Positions 37,303-49,817 of a stretch of 64,000 bases of DNA are shown one piece after another. Position 1 is the stretch's first letter. The number at the start of each line of letters is the position of its first letter. Where the stretch lies: contig NC_045707.1 in assembly GCF_009834535.1 (NCBI RefSeq), positions 47,618,001 through 47,682,000 of the forward strand. Direction: 5' to 3'. The notes beneath the pieces are model-generated. The model searched no databases and was not told where the DNA came from. It worked only from the letters and a program-made list of their open reading frames with translations. Origin of the DNA: Camelus ferus (lineage: Eukaryota). The translations under genes and the position numbers were made by a program.

Positions 37303-37435
37303 CTGGGTATGATACCTGCTTTCTCCTCTGGGAGGTGATAACCTGCTTTCTCCTCTGGGAGGTGATACCTGCTTTCTCCTCTGGGTATGATACCTGCTTT
37401 CTCCTCTGGGTATGATACCTGCTTTCTCCTCTGGG
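37303..37435. repeat. Minisatellite: five copies of a 25-27 bp unit
   Basis: ctgggtatgatacctgctttctcct (x3) and ctgggaggtgata(a)cctgctttctcct (x2), head-to-tail. Confidence 0.95.
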
Positions 37436-38549
37436 GAAGTTAATGTGCTGCTCTTGGCATTACAGTCTGTCCAGCTTTGGAAAATGATTTGCATTTCAGG
37501 AGGTTTTAAGCATCACCAAAATAATCAGCCATGCCCTGAGATCCAAATTGTCACTGTTCAAATATTAATTGGGAAAAATATAATTCCTTTAGGGGAGGGG
37601 ATTTAGTGTGTGAGTGTGTGGGTGTACAGGGATATACTATTGTTTATTCACAGTGGTGGTCATCTCTCTGACCCACCATGGAAGACTGGTTAATTGCCTT
37701 TTTAGTGGGGTTAATTTACAGAAGATCCTCATTTTCTCTTTTCCTGTGCCAAACATGGACATGAGGTTTTCAGAATTTGAGAGTTGAGTTTGAATGAATG
37801 GGAAAGAAGGAGTACTCGTCTGCAAAGAGTATTTCTTTATGTGAAGAAAATAAAATTCATGGAGAGGCAGTTATAATGCGGAAGTGACAGATGCTGAAAA
37901 TAACTCTTAATGATTAACTGTTTAATGATGACATAACTCAGTGATTTCTGCTTTCATATTCTGTCAGGAGATAAATTGTTATATGTGCTGCAAGTTGGCT
38001 CCATTGCTATATAGTGAAGCAAAGCCAGTTTTTATTCCTTTTCTGCTAGAGCACTTACGATTTAGCACAATAACTCTGCAATCTATAAACAAAGACGCAT
38101 GTTTATTAAGTATACAGTACATTTTAATGCAGTTCTGGTTATTCATATCATTGAGCTGACAGTTTGTGTCAATATACAAGAAAAATGTATCACATACATG
38201 TTTAAGATCTATAGGTTTAAGGAAGAATAGAAATACAAACACACAAAAGATACTTAATTTAGTAGAGGTCCTCAGATATGCAGATGATGGTATAAGACAT
38301 GAATTTCCTCTTCTTGAAGAGGCACTGCTGGGCCAGACAGAGGGCATATAAGGGCAGTGAAAGGAGAGCTCCTTATATTTAAAGTCTCCAGTGCTCAGCT
38401 CAGAAAGCCTCGCTCATCATCTCATTGGGGACCCACAGAACCTCACTATTCCTCCATGGATAATTATAGGGATAAGAACATTAAAAGGAGAATCTGCTAG
38501 AAGAATTTGAGGTCACCACTTCGTGCTCAACCATGGATTTGTCTCCTGT

Positions 38550-38669
38550 TGTGTTAGTTATCTGTTTCTGCAGAACAAATTATCCCACACTCAAGAGGAG
38601 GGGATTACACTAGGCACAAACACCAGGAGGTGGGGATCCTTGGGGCTACCTCAGAGGCTGCATGCTACA
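38550..38669 (-). mobile_element. Internally deleted MLT1 LTR (both ends fused)
   Basis: tgtgttagttatctgtttctgcagaacaaattatccc joined directly to cacactcaagaggaggggattacac...caccaggaggtggggatc. Confidence 0.65.
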
Positions 38670-39174
38670 CCAATGGATGCACCTCTTGCTTATTGTGATG
38701 GAGTAAGAAATTGGTCCCCCCAATTCACATAGCAGGAGAGTCCAAGTAGGGAGCAAGAGCTTGAGAACCATCATTGACTCTTGCTTTGTGGGCTGCCCAT
38801 TGAATTGGCCTCTGAGACATTCCAAATGAAGCAAACATAGGATTTAAATCAAGCTACTGCAGGTAATGTCTTCAGCCCTTGGTTCTTTTCTAACTCTGAA
38901 GGTCATATCCCTGGTGGTTGGGGGCAGCTGGCACAGCAGGGCATCAGGCAGTGGTGCATTCCACTCCCAGTGGTAGCAACTGGGAAACTGGCCACACAGC
39001 TTGGAAGTGTCTCCTAACGCAGGGCCAAGCCACTGAAAGGCTTTCCTGGGCCCTGGGAATCAGAAGCACTAGCTTGCCGATAACTGTATTTTAGAGTCTA
39101 TAATTTCAGACAAAAAGTCTTTTAAAACTAATTCTTATGGAAATTAGACCTTTGGGTTTACTTACTGTCACCTT

Positions 39175-39400
39175 TAAGGCAGTATAGCAAAGTGGTTGAA
39201 GTGGTCTTCAGGGTCAGAGTTGAATTTGAATGATGGCTAATTAACTGAGTCAATGTAAACAAGTCAGTGAACCTCACAAGGTCTCCCTTTTCTCACCTGT
39301 AAAGTGGGGATGACATTAGTGCTACCCTCCTAGGGTTGATGGGAATTTGGACATTGTATGAGGAATTAGCCCTTATGGCTGTGGTTATAATGATGATGAC
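39175..39400 (+). mobile_element. MIR SINE
   Basis: aggcagtatagcaaagtggttgaag...tctcacctgtaaagtggggatgac...tagggttg. Confidence 0.7.
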
Positions 39401-40886
39401 GTCTGTGGGAAATGTATTTTCCCATTCCTCATGTTTTGGCAGGGGGGCTGGGATTTTTACTCCAATCCCCAGAAATAAAAAGACCAGGAAGAAGACTTCC
39501 ACCTTCTCTCAGTCCCTCCACGCCCTTCCTCCCTAGACGGGGAGGAAGGGTGTCTCTGACAGACTTGGGAGAAGAAAGAAGCTCACTCAGCCCCCTTTTG
39601 TCAGCCTCTGCAGAGGGAGGATTTTATCATTTGTTCTTCACTATACTGAAAGCTTATCCAACCAGATTCTGCCCTGCCGAGGGGAGCCATGCAGTTTTGG
39701 GGGTAAATTCTTTGTGGAAGGGGATATTCAGGAATTTTAATGTGGTCACAATCTCCCATCCAGCTGTTATCTGTCATAAAACTTTGAGTTTGATGTTAAC
39801 TGTATTTTTCAATTGATTTCACACAGACAGGAGTGGTGTCACTTTTCAGCTCTCTCAACCCCCACAATTAACATTATTAGTGTTTAGTCAGTTGTGCAGA
39901 CTGGTTCAGATATTTGTGAAGGGGAAACATCCCTTTATTTGGAACAAGCTCCATCTTTGTTTGTTCATTTGTTTGTTAGTTTCTCAGGAGACCTTTTGCA
40001 CTTTTGTGGGGTGATTCAAGCCAGCTTTGGGGATTAAATTATCCATGGTGCTTTTCTCCAGTTCCATTTGGAGAGTGTAGAGTACGTCTGACTCCTGAAG
40101 GCAGATGGTGTTACTGCAAGCAGAGGGGACCATCCTGAGTAGAGTCCCCTCCTCCCAGGGCATTGGGGGTGCTCGGCTGTAGGAGTGAGCTTGCCTGAGC
40201 TCCTGTGAAGAAAGCCAGGCAGGTGGCCAAAAGGGGTTTTAAGTATCATTAAATCTTCTTGCTGCTGGTTCTCAAATAAGAATCCTTTCCATATTGAATT
40301 ATCTCATCATCTTGTGAGCAGGCAGTCAGTTCATTCCTGCTTTGAAGGAAAAACATTTTCTAAAATTAGCCATTTAAGTTTGTCATAATTATGATTACAG
40401 TATTACTAAAAAGCCACACCTGACAGGGGCAGAGAATGCTACATAGAGCTTTTGCCCATGGGTTTTAAACACCTGCCTGCCAGCCCCAACCTTAAAAAAC
40501 AGCAAACAGGAAAGGAAAATAAAACTAGTGAAATTAATTGCTAAGAATTTAAGATTAATATGGATGGCATCACTCTGTCTTTGCTAAAACCACATGAAAA
40601 TTTATTTTCACTATGATTCACTAAATTCAGTGGGACCTTATGAGGAAAAGATGAGATAAAATATGTGAAGCACTTAGTGTCAGGCACCCATGGCAAATTC
40701 TCAGTAAATAGTAAATGATAATAATAATAATAATGCCAATAGGACAGTCATTACCATTGCTATAAGGAAGGCAGCCTGTTCAGGGCTGTAGGAAAATTCA
40801 GTGCATCAGCCCGTTCTGCAACAGCCTGTGTTTCTTTGGGGATATGTTTTGCATACATAAACACCTGAGTAGCATGGATCTTAGTT

Positions 40887-40993
40887 CAGTGTTTCCCAAA
40901 TTGGTGCTCCAGGGAACCATCTTTTAGGAGATGATAATAGATGACTTAAAGAAAAAAAATCAGAGTTCCATGGTCAAAGTTTGTGAAAATCTG
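40887..40993. mobile_element. hAT-Charlie-like MITE fragment
   Basis: cagtgtttcccaaa...agtttgtgaaaatctg inverted termini. Confidence 0.55.
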
Positions 40994-41039
40994 CATTCTA
41001 ACTGCTCCCTCCCGCTAGAGATTCACAAGCTCTGTCCTT

Positions 41040-41550
41040 ACAGCTTTCGAGAAGCCCCACAGGAAAGAAAATGGAGTCCTTTTGTTTAACTCCATTTACC
41101 AAACTAGCACAGACCCTCCACCCTCCACACTGTTTCCAGAGGGATTGTTTAAAAGACAAATGAGTCACCGCTTCCCTGCTCCAAGCCCTGCAGTGACTCG
41201 CCATCACTCTCGGGAAGAAGTAACATCTCTTACCTGTGGCCCCGAGGCTCGGTCTGCGTGCCTTGGCCCCCGGTGGGCTAGCTTCACCTCGCTCTATGTT
41301 GTTCTTTGCTCTGGGGGACACTGGCTGCCTTTCAGATCCTTGAACGTGACATGGTCATTTCTGCCACAGAGCTTTCATACAACTCTATCCTCCTGTGGGG
41401 GAGTTACCTTGACCCCTTCCTCACCTTCCTCTGCTCTGTGTCACTTTCTCAGACCTTCGGTCTCAACAGTGCTGATCCTTCCCAGCGCTCATGGTGTGTG
41501 TGTTCACTGAGGGGTTATTTACTTAACTGCTCCCTTTCCTCAACACTGTA
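41040..41550 (+). mobile_element. L2 LINE 3' fragment
   Basis: tccaccctccacactg...ccagagggattgtttaaaagacaaatgagtcac...tcaacactgtaag. Confidence 0.6.
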
Positions 41551-44157
41551 AGATGGATGAGGAGACCCACCCCCAAAATTCTGACTACAGTTTGGGAGTA
41601 TAATGACTTGCGTTGAGGGGCTTTATATCAGGTGGGGTGGACCAGTAAAAGACAGTTTCTGTTGTTTTTTGTTTTGTTTACTGTTATCAAGACTCATTTC
41701 ATCCTGGGAAACATTGGAGTACAAAGTCAAATATGATGAGGGTCCTATGGGGGATTTATTAAAAAAGCAGGGCTTTGGACATATACAGATAAGAGAGCTA
41801 TACCTGAAAGCAGTCCTAATAACCCAGGTATTTTGTGGATAACCCAGGCACTGTTCTAAGTACTTCTCAGTATTTACTCAGTTAATCCTCAGAGCAACTC
41901 TGTGAGGTTTTACGAATGAGGAAACCCAGACAGAGGTTCAGGGGTCCATTTCCCAGGGATAGTTAAAGCCAAGAGAGTGGTTGAGATTGAGGCCAATCTT
42001 CTTATTTATGTGTGTGTTTATTTATTTACTCTGACTACTTAGAAAATGGATTTAGTGTGGCCTAAAATTATGAACAACAAAATCCAAACCATTTAAACTA
42101 GAGAAAAGAGATAAATAATAAAGGTAAAGGGGGAGAAGAGGGTTTGCTGAGGTTGCTAAAAGTAGGGTAGAAAAAAAGAGGTCTAAGAATAGAATTTAGA
42201 GAATCTCTTAAGTGGGAGTCTGGATGGGGGATAGGTTGGGGAAGGAGCTAAACTTCTTAAAAGCTCCTGTTGACTACCTCTCTCACTGCCATTTTTCTCC
42301 CTGGAAAGCTCTAGAATTGCTCTCAACTTCTCTCACATTCCCCAGACTCTTCCTGGAACCCAGTCTTCCAGATAAGCTTCCTCCCTAGGACTTGGAAGTT
42401 TCCCTCTGATCCATGATTCTTACCCCAGTGCACAAGGAGGAGCTGTTGAGAATGGGGAAGATGACGACTCCTTCATGGAAAATAGGGTCAGAGCACTTAA
42501 GGGAGCAACAGCCTTTGAAATGCATTGTTTTTCAATTATATCTCAATAAAAAAGAAATAGAAGCCAAGTTACTAAACTGTAAGATGATTTTCTTATAGAG
42601 TTGCCAATAGGTGACTCTGCTAATTTGAAAACTTTTCTTGCTCTTCTTCTCTCCTGCCTCCTTCTCCTCTCTCTCCTTTTCCTTCTCTCTCTTTCTCCCT
42701 CTCTCCCCTGAGTCCTGTGTAGGAAACATGCTTTAATGAATTAGACTTTACAAGTTCTGCACAGCTTCAGTTCCTTCACAGTTTTCAGAGGGTCTCTCCA
42801 AAGAAGAAGAAATGTGTGGTCAACCAAGAAGGTTGTAATCTCTTCACGATTATGTGGTTTTCTGGCTAAATGCCTTCAGGCTCTGCTTGTATGCTGGCCG
42901 GTGCTCATAGCACCACAGTGCCCTTTGCAAGACTGATGCTGCAAGTTCTGAAGTCTCCCTGGGGTCTTTGGCTTTTGTAAAAGAGGTTAGATCCCACCAA
43001 GAACTACCATTATAGATGGGAATGGAATACCAACCCAAGCACTCAGAGGCCAGAGTTCCCGATTTCTATCCAGGGACTCGGGCTCAGAATCACCCAAGGG
43101 TGGTAGTGGTTCCATTTAAAAGAGCACTCAAAGGAATATGGCACCCAAGCCAAAGGTAAAAGCTAATTTTGATACAGAAAAATCACTCTTCCAGGAATTG
43201 TCCTGTTGACTTTAAAAAAATCCCTGTGTATTAAAGGACATCTTTTTTCTGGTTTATGTTTTCTCTTTCCAAATTATTATTTTATTAGCTGAACGACTGT
43301 GTTTCTAACCTACATTGAGATCATGTTGACAAAACCAGAAAACAACAGAGTATTCTGAAGCTCCAACTGGCTGTAAAATCTCTTCTAAGGTCAAAGGATT
43401 GCTTTCCATTTAACAAGAGAATCCATAGATCAGTATCCTCTAGGTCGGTGGTCAAAGGAAGAAAAAGGGATGGCCTCCACTTCCTTCTACCACCAGAGTT
43501 CAGAGAGTTAGTGGAGGAAAACACAGTTGCTAACTGGAGCCAAGTGAAATTGGTTTGGGAGATTTGTGGGGCAGGAACTTGTGATTTTCTTTGCAACCAC
43601 TTCTTTCCTGAACTCACTCTCATCCATCAGCTGCTGTCAACCTCATACTGGCTGGGAGTTAATTTCAGCCTCGCTGTCACTTTCTAAAAGCTATCCGTTC
43701 TTCTGACACTTAATAATTGCAGGATGGTGTGGCATGCAACGTCAAGGCTCATCAGTATCCTAAAATGTACCACTAGGGTGTCATTAATAATAATGAAAAT
43801 AATAATGGAAAAGTACTAAAATATTCACTCACTTTTAGCCTGGTTTCTTTTAGACTCTTTTAATATCTTTTGTAGTTTTAAGGCCCATTAACTTATGTTA
43901 ATCCCAACAAAAGTTAGCAACCAACTTCTTGTGTTTGCAAGAGATCTGGAATTGAAGTCCAGAGATTCGAATCTAATGATGGTGTGATTTAAGATAAATT
44001 TATTGATCACCATGTACCTCAATTTCCTCATCAATATAAGGAGACATTATCTCCTATACCTACTGCACAAGGTATTGGAGATAAAAGGACTTTGGCAAGT
44101 GTAATAACTTATAAGTGCATTGGATTATTGTCCTTTCTTGCCTTATTTTCAGAATTT

Positions 44158-44343
44158 TCCCCCAGTTTTATTGAAATATGATTGACATACACCATTATAT
44201 AAGTTTAAGGTATACAGCATAATGGTTTGACTTACGCATATTGTGAAATGATTACCACAGTAAGTTTAGTTAGCATCCATTATCTTGTCTATATACAATA
44301 AAAAGAAAAAGTGAAAAAAAAATTTCTCCTTGTGATGAGAACT
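44158..44343 (-). mobile_element. L1 3' terminal fragment
   Basis: cagttttattgaaatatgattgacatac...aagtttaaggtatacagcataatggtttgactt...ttgtgatgagaact. Confidence 0.85.
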
Positions 44344-44800
44344 TTCTTCTCATACTTTTCTAACTGTGGCTTAAACTTGTGAAAATATGGTTCAGATGAG
44401 TTGTATATCTTTTTGAAGCAACAGATCAATGGGGTCATCCAGCCACATCCTCACCTGGAAACTCCAGATGCTTTTCCTGTTCCTCTGTCTCTCACTGCTT
44501 TCACCTAGTTAGTAGCCAAACCTTGCAGATTCTAATTCAGAAATTCCCCTCCTCTCTTTCTTCCTGCTAGAGTCCTAACTCCGGCCTCACCTTCTCTTGC
44601 CTACTCTATTCACATCCGCTTCCTCTCTGGACTTCCGGTGTCTGGCGTCACCTTGCTCCAGTTCATCTGCTGCACCCCATCAGATGATTTATCCTTGGAC
44701 ATAAAACAATGAGAACAACAACAACAAAAACCAAAACAGGCAAACAGCCCCACATTTTGTTATTTTCTGATTCAAAAGTCTCCATTACCTGCATGGAAAT

Positions 44801-45305
44801 TGTCAAAGATAAATGAAGCTGGATACTAGTTAAATTGGAAGGGGCAGATTTTAGTAATATACTATTGCCATAAGGAAAAGAGTCCAGCATGAACTGAACT
44901 CAGTTTTAGTTTGTAGAGAGGAGATTGGACATTTTAAAGGAAGAATCAGGGAATAGGGAGGTGGGTGACCAGGGGCTTAGTAGAGTCAGGGAAGTAAAAA
45001 GTTATACAAAATGGGAAGTTGGGGTTGGTTCGTTTGAAACCCATCAGGGTTTGCTAACTGGCACTTATCAAAGTTAGGCCTCTACCCTCCCACAGAGACT
45101 TGAGACAGGGGCCTTATCTTCAGGTGTTGAATTTACTGAACAAACAGTAAATTCTTCTGGAAGCCTTGAGTTTCCTCAGGCAAGCACTTTAAGGGGAACC
45201 AGGGTCATCCTAGGAATGCAGCCTTGAGTTGTTAGAAATCAGTTACTTTTGTTCAGGTCTTTTATAAGCCAAAGTTGAGGCCTTGTTCAAAACCTTGAGT
45301 TTGGT
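44801..45305 (-). mobile_element. ERV1 solo LTR (MER67-like) inserted in L2
   Basis: tgtcaaagataaa...gagtccagcatgaactgaactc...gggtttgctaactggcacttatcaaagttagg...ccttgagtttcctcaggcaagcactttaagggg; L2-like sequence on both flanks. Confidence 0.8.
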
Positions 45306-45559
45306 AGTTAAGACCTTGTGTATTTAGACTCCTTATATCTTGTTACCCACTCACCCCATGGTCTTTGTGTTCCGATCACACTGATTTTCTCCTTCCCATA
45401 GTATACGCTCTCTCAGATCTGTTCTTTCTCCACGTACTGAATCCTCTTCCTGAATATCCCCCCATCTGCAGAGGAAAGTGAAATTACCTCTCTGCAAAGT
45501 GCTTCCAGCTCTGGAAGCACTTTGATCATAATTCAAGCTTAGCACATTCTACCTTGTCC

Positions 45560-46395
45560 TATTTTTTCTGTGTCTCCTTTTAGGTCCTTCCTGCCCACAA
45601 AACTGGCAGTTAAGAGGTAGGGACCATGTTATTCCATGTTTTCCTAAATGTCCTATTTGCCCTACCCTCTTTGCAATTCCTGCCATACGTGACTCCACTG
45701 GAAACCATGATATTTCAAAGAATCGCTGAAACTGGATATTGGGATGTGCAGGAAAAATCAGCATCTACATCATGCATGCTACATACATTTCCAAACTGCA
45801 TGATGCCTGAGCATGCTGTGGTAGACAGAATAAGGCAGAGACAAGAAAGAGAGGGTGTGGAAGAGATCTTATATCACAGCGGAACCCTGGACCCAGTTGT
45901 GCCTGATAGGCCACTTCTGCCTTCCCCAGCATAAAGTCCAGTTGTACAGGAATTTCAGTGTATTTACCAATACCCATTTGGTTTTCCTGTGGTCACACGG
46001 GATCCTGACAGTTCCCAGCCTCCTTTGCAGTTGGGTATGGGCTTGAGTTCTCACTAAACATGTCTGACACACACATAACCTATTTCCATGCCTCACCCAT
46101 AAACATATCCCATGAGGGATCTCTCATTTCCTTTCCCTGTCTGTTAGGTAGGAGGCTGAAGACTTTTAAGGGTGCGCGCTACAGCCGTCTAACTAGGATA
46201 CCACCATGGGAACAGTGGCATTAGCAAAAAATAAATGTTCATTGGGTTAAGATACTGAGATTTGGGGGTTTAACTTTTTAAGCAACTACTGATTAATACC
46301 TTAACTAATCCATATAGAAATTAACCTTTCATTGCTTAAGCTAATTTAGGCTTCGTTTCCGTCACTTGCAACTGGAAAGGCCCTGCTAACAACAT
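45560..46395 (+). mobile_element. Old ERVL/MaLR LTR sequences, probably nested (LTR33-like at ~45990-46310 inside another old LTR)
   Basis: ttcccagcctcctttgcagttggg motif; two successive LTR 3'-end-like segments (ttaagatactgagatttggggg and gcttaagcta...gtcacttgcaac). Confidence 0.45.
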
Positions 46396-46774
46396 TTGGC
46401 CACTTGAATGTAATTAAAGTAAAGGAGAGGCAGTGTGGCAGTGGAAAAATACTGGACTTAAAGACAGAATCCCCAAGTTCTGTGTCCTTGTCCTATTTAC
46501 TTTGTGATTTTCATTAAGTGCATTTGGGGTTTACATTTGTAAACTGATTTACTTTCTTGGGTTTGACTCTTAACCATGACAGTTTAGCTAATCTAATTTC
46601 CACTTCCATTACTTGATTCCTTCTGCTTCTGCAGGGGCACGGTGATTTACTGGTTATTTGAGCAGACAATCAGGCCAGTGATTGTATTACACAGTCTTTG
46701 TATTTAGTGATTGCTTTCTTCTCAGGTACTTGAAGAAGTCCCAGAAGTAATTTTAAGAACTTCTTCCCAGGTGA

Positions 46775-47310
46775 AATATTTTTTAAAATTATTTTAGAAA
46801 TTTTCAAACATACACAAAAGTAGAGAGAATAGCATAATGAACTGCCTTGTAGACATTATCAACCTTCAGATATTATGATCCGTAACATTTTGCCTATTTT
46901 GTCTCTTCTATTTCCTGCCCTCTCCTTTTTTTATTAATAAAGGATGTTAAAGCAAATTCCAAGCATAATGTTATTTCACCCCTAAATATTTCTGTGTTTA
47001 TGTGCATATATGTGTGTATGTGTATATATGTATATGTTTATACACATGTATGAATACATATAAATACATGTTTATATATATTTATGTCCAGAACCTAAGC
47101 ACAGTGCCTTTATCAAATTCTCACAAAATTGGCTGTGATTGATTCCTCAATAACATCTAATACTCATTCCATTTTAAATTTCCCCAGTTATCTTAGTAAT
47201 GTCCTTTTACAATTGGTTTGGTTTCAGTCAGCGTCCAAAAAAGGAAAGAACCACATATTGCACATGGCTGGTGCATTTCTTGAGTTTTCGCTAATCTGTG
47301 ACTGTAACAG
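46775..47310 (-). mobile_element. Old L1M 3' region with internal TA/TG-rich tract
   Basis: aaattttcaaacatacacaaaagtagagagaatagcataatgaac...catattgcacatggctggtg. Confidence 0.75.
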
Positions 47311-47314
47311 TTAC

Positions 47315-47770
47315 CTTTAGCTGCTAAACTGCTACAAAACTTGGTGGCTTAAATAAACCATCTTTCATTTAGCACAAGATTCTGCAGTTTGGCAATTTGA
47401 GCTGGGCTCGGGTCCAATTCAGTGTAGGGCAGGGGAAGGCTGGCTGGGGTGGGGGCAGGGGGCTCACCGAACGGTTCATCTTTGCTCTCTGTAGTCTCTC
47501 ATCCCCAGGAGGCTAACCTGGGTTTGTTCGTACAGTGCCACGTTTCCCTAGGCAGCACATGGGAACTCCTGCATGGCGACTTGAAGCCTCTGTTTGCACT
47601 GCACATGCTGCCTTGTCACATTCTGAGTGGCCAAAGAGGTCAGAAGGGCAGCTCACATTCAAGGGTAGGAAAGTAAACCTTACCTTTTAATGAGAGAAGC
47701 TGCAAAGTCACATTACAAGGGACATGGCTGCATAAGAAGGAGAATAATTTGTGGTCATTGTAGCAACCTC
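47315..47770 (-). mobile_element. MaLR LTR (MLT1H-like)
   Basis: caaaacttggtggcttaaa...gattctgcagtttggcaatttgagctgggctc...gagagaagctgcaaagtcacatt. Confidence 0.75.
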
Positions 47771-48450
47771 TTTATAGTCATTTCCTTTTCTCCCCAGGCA
47801 AATATATTTGAGCTTCCATAACCCTTAAACCTGCCAAAGAATACATATTTCCTAAAGTTTATATTTTAAGGGCAAACTATTCTTGAATTAATAGAAATTG
47901 ATCACTTTAAGTTTTAAGAACACTGAATCTGGAGCATAAGATATCTTTTTTCCTATATAAAAATTTACCTCAAGTTTCCTTCCTGCAACAAGTTCAATTA
48001 ATGAATGTATTTATTTCAAACACAACTTTACAATATCTGAAAAAATTCCTTAAGATATATAACTAGAGCATAATAAAAGGTTTTGAATACTTTTAACTTC
48101 AGCATATTAGTGGCAGACTTTTTTTTCCTCTTTCCAGAGGGTTACCAAATCCATGGGATTGAACCATCGGGAAGAGAATTTTAATTCTCTGGTCCAAGGC
48201 AATAATTCAATAGGAGACAAAGAAAGCTATTTATAGAAGCTGTCTTGTAGACCAAGGGCCTAATTTATGTGGTGGGAACATTTCTGCCAAATAACTTGTA
48301 ATAAAGAAAAATTATCAACTGTTAAAGACCTTGCCAGGTCAGCTTAATTTGGTAGTAAAGGGAGGTGATGAGAAGGTTGATAAAACAGCTATAAATCTTA
48401 ACTGAATATATAGCTTTAATTGTCTGGCCTTAAACTTATAGGCTTTACTT

Positions 48451-48659
48451 GTAATATGCTGAAACCAGTTTGTACCAGTTGGTGAGAGCCAACCATATTT
48501 ATCTCTTTCTAATTCATGTTCAATAAAGTCACATTGTTAGCTTGAAATTGGCCAGGGTGGGAGTATTTACACCTTGGTGATTGGCAAATGCTACAAATCA
48601 AGCCCTCTTTTTTTTTTTCCCCAAACAGTCAATTATTAAATATTTACAGAAGACCACTG
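48451..48659. mobile_element. MER63-type hAT-Blackjack MITE
   Basis: tagcttgaaattggccagggtgggagtatttacacc...attggcaaatgctacaaatca...taaatatttac...accactg. Confidence 0.8.
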
Positions 48660-49221
48660 GCCATTACCCATGTGAAAAATGACAGGCACCACTTCCTAGG
48701 AATAGTTAAATAAAATTTCTTCTGCAAGGGTGCACAGCCATAGTAGAGGACAGGAGGGCTTCCCTTGGCATCTTTTCCATCAACTTGTGTCTCAAGATTG
48801 CTGGTAGCCTAGTTGGATGTGAATAAAGAAAGAGCACCTCTGAGAAATGAAACAGACAAGGGAAAGGAGCAGGAAGTGTGCTTGGTCCTTCGCTTTTCTT
48901 ATCAACTCAGACTCTCATCAGACTCAATCTAGATGTGCTTCAGCGTCATCTGAGTCTGTTAAAGAAGAAAGGCAGAGATTGAAGAACTCTTTTTGCATTA
49001 AAGGATACTGCCATTCAACCTTGTGTGAGTCTCTTATCTGCCACAAGGTTTCCCATCTGCAAAACAGACATGGGACACTTGTTCCTCCCCACTGTGCAAG
49101 TAGTTATGGCTAATGCCAGGTTGCCTCTCATTGTAGAGTTAGGAATGGAATAGAGTGGGATTATTGAGAAGAGTAAAGGCTGTCTGTGGAGAAAGAGTTT
49201 CAAATCATCAGTTAAGGCCTT

Positions 49222-49365
49222 GCTGTTGAAAGTTCATGGGCCAGCGGTATTGGCATCACGTGGAAGCTTGTCAGAAATGCAGAAATTCCATTAAGACCTC
49301 AGTATCAGAATCTGCATTTAACAAGATATCAGGTGATTTTCATGCACATTGTAGTTCAAGAGTGA
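49222..49365. mobile_element. MER5A-like MITE
   Basis: ggcatcacgtggaagcttgtcagaaatgcaga...atcagaatctgcatttaacaagatatcaggtgatt. Confidence 0.75.
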
Positions 49366-49669
49366 TCTAAGTGGTGGTTTATTCATGGGACCAGAGAAAT
49401 ACCCGTATGTTTTCTTATAGAGTGTGCATTTTGATCTTATTGCTAGCTCCCTTTTATTTCTTAGTCTTTGTTTTTCCACGTTTAGGTTCCCATTTAAGTT
49501 TCATGCTTAGCAAACTTTACAGGAAAAACATTTACATAAGCATCATAGTAGAAGATGTATACTGATTTACCTAAAATAGTGGGAGGACGGGGAAGGTGAG
49601 CGTTAACTCATCTGTAAGAGCAGAAATCAATAGGTCGGGTATAAAAATGTAAAAATCAAGATATAGCTT

Positions 49670-49817
49670 TCTTTTTATTGTATTTATATGAGATGATGGA
49701 TGTTTGCCAAGCTTATTGTGATAATCATTTTATAATATAAGTCAAACCATCATGCGGTACCTCTTAAGTTTATACAGTGCTGTATGTCAACTGTTTTTGA
49801 ATAAAACTGGAAAAAAA
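49670..49817 (+). mobile_element. L1 3' terminal fragment inserted in older L1 sequence
   Basis: tatgagatgatggatgtt...cttattgtgataatcattt...tatacagtgctgtatgtcaac...aataaaactggaaaaaaa; degenerate TSD aagatatagc/aagaaagagc. Confidence 0.75.

Noticed and set aside
37303..37435. CRISPR-like array
   Set aside because: Units are contiguous with no unique spacers, there are no cas genes, and the DNA is mammalian; it is a minisatellite
47427..47463. G-quadruplex motif
   Set aside because: Lies inside an old MLT1 LTR with irregular loops; nothing suggests function
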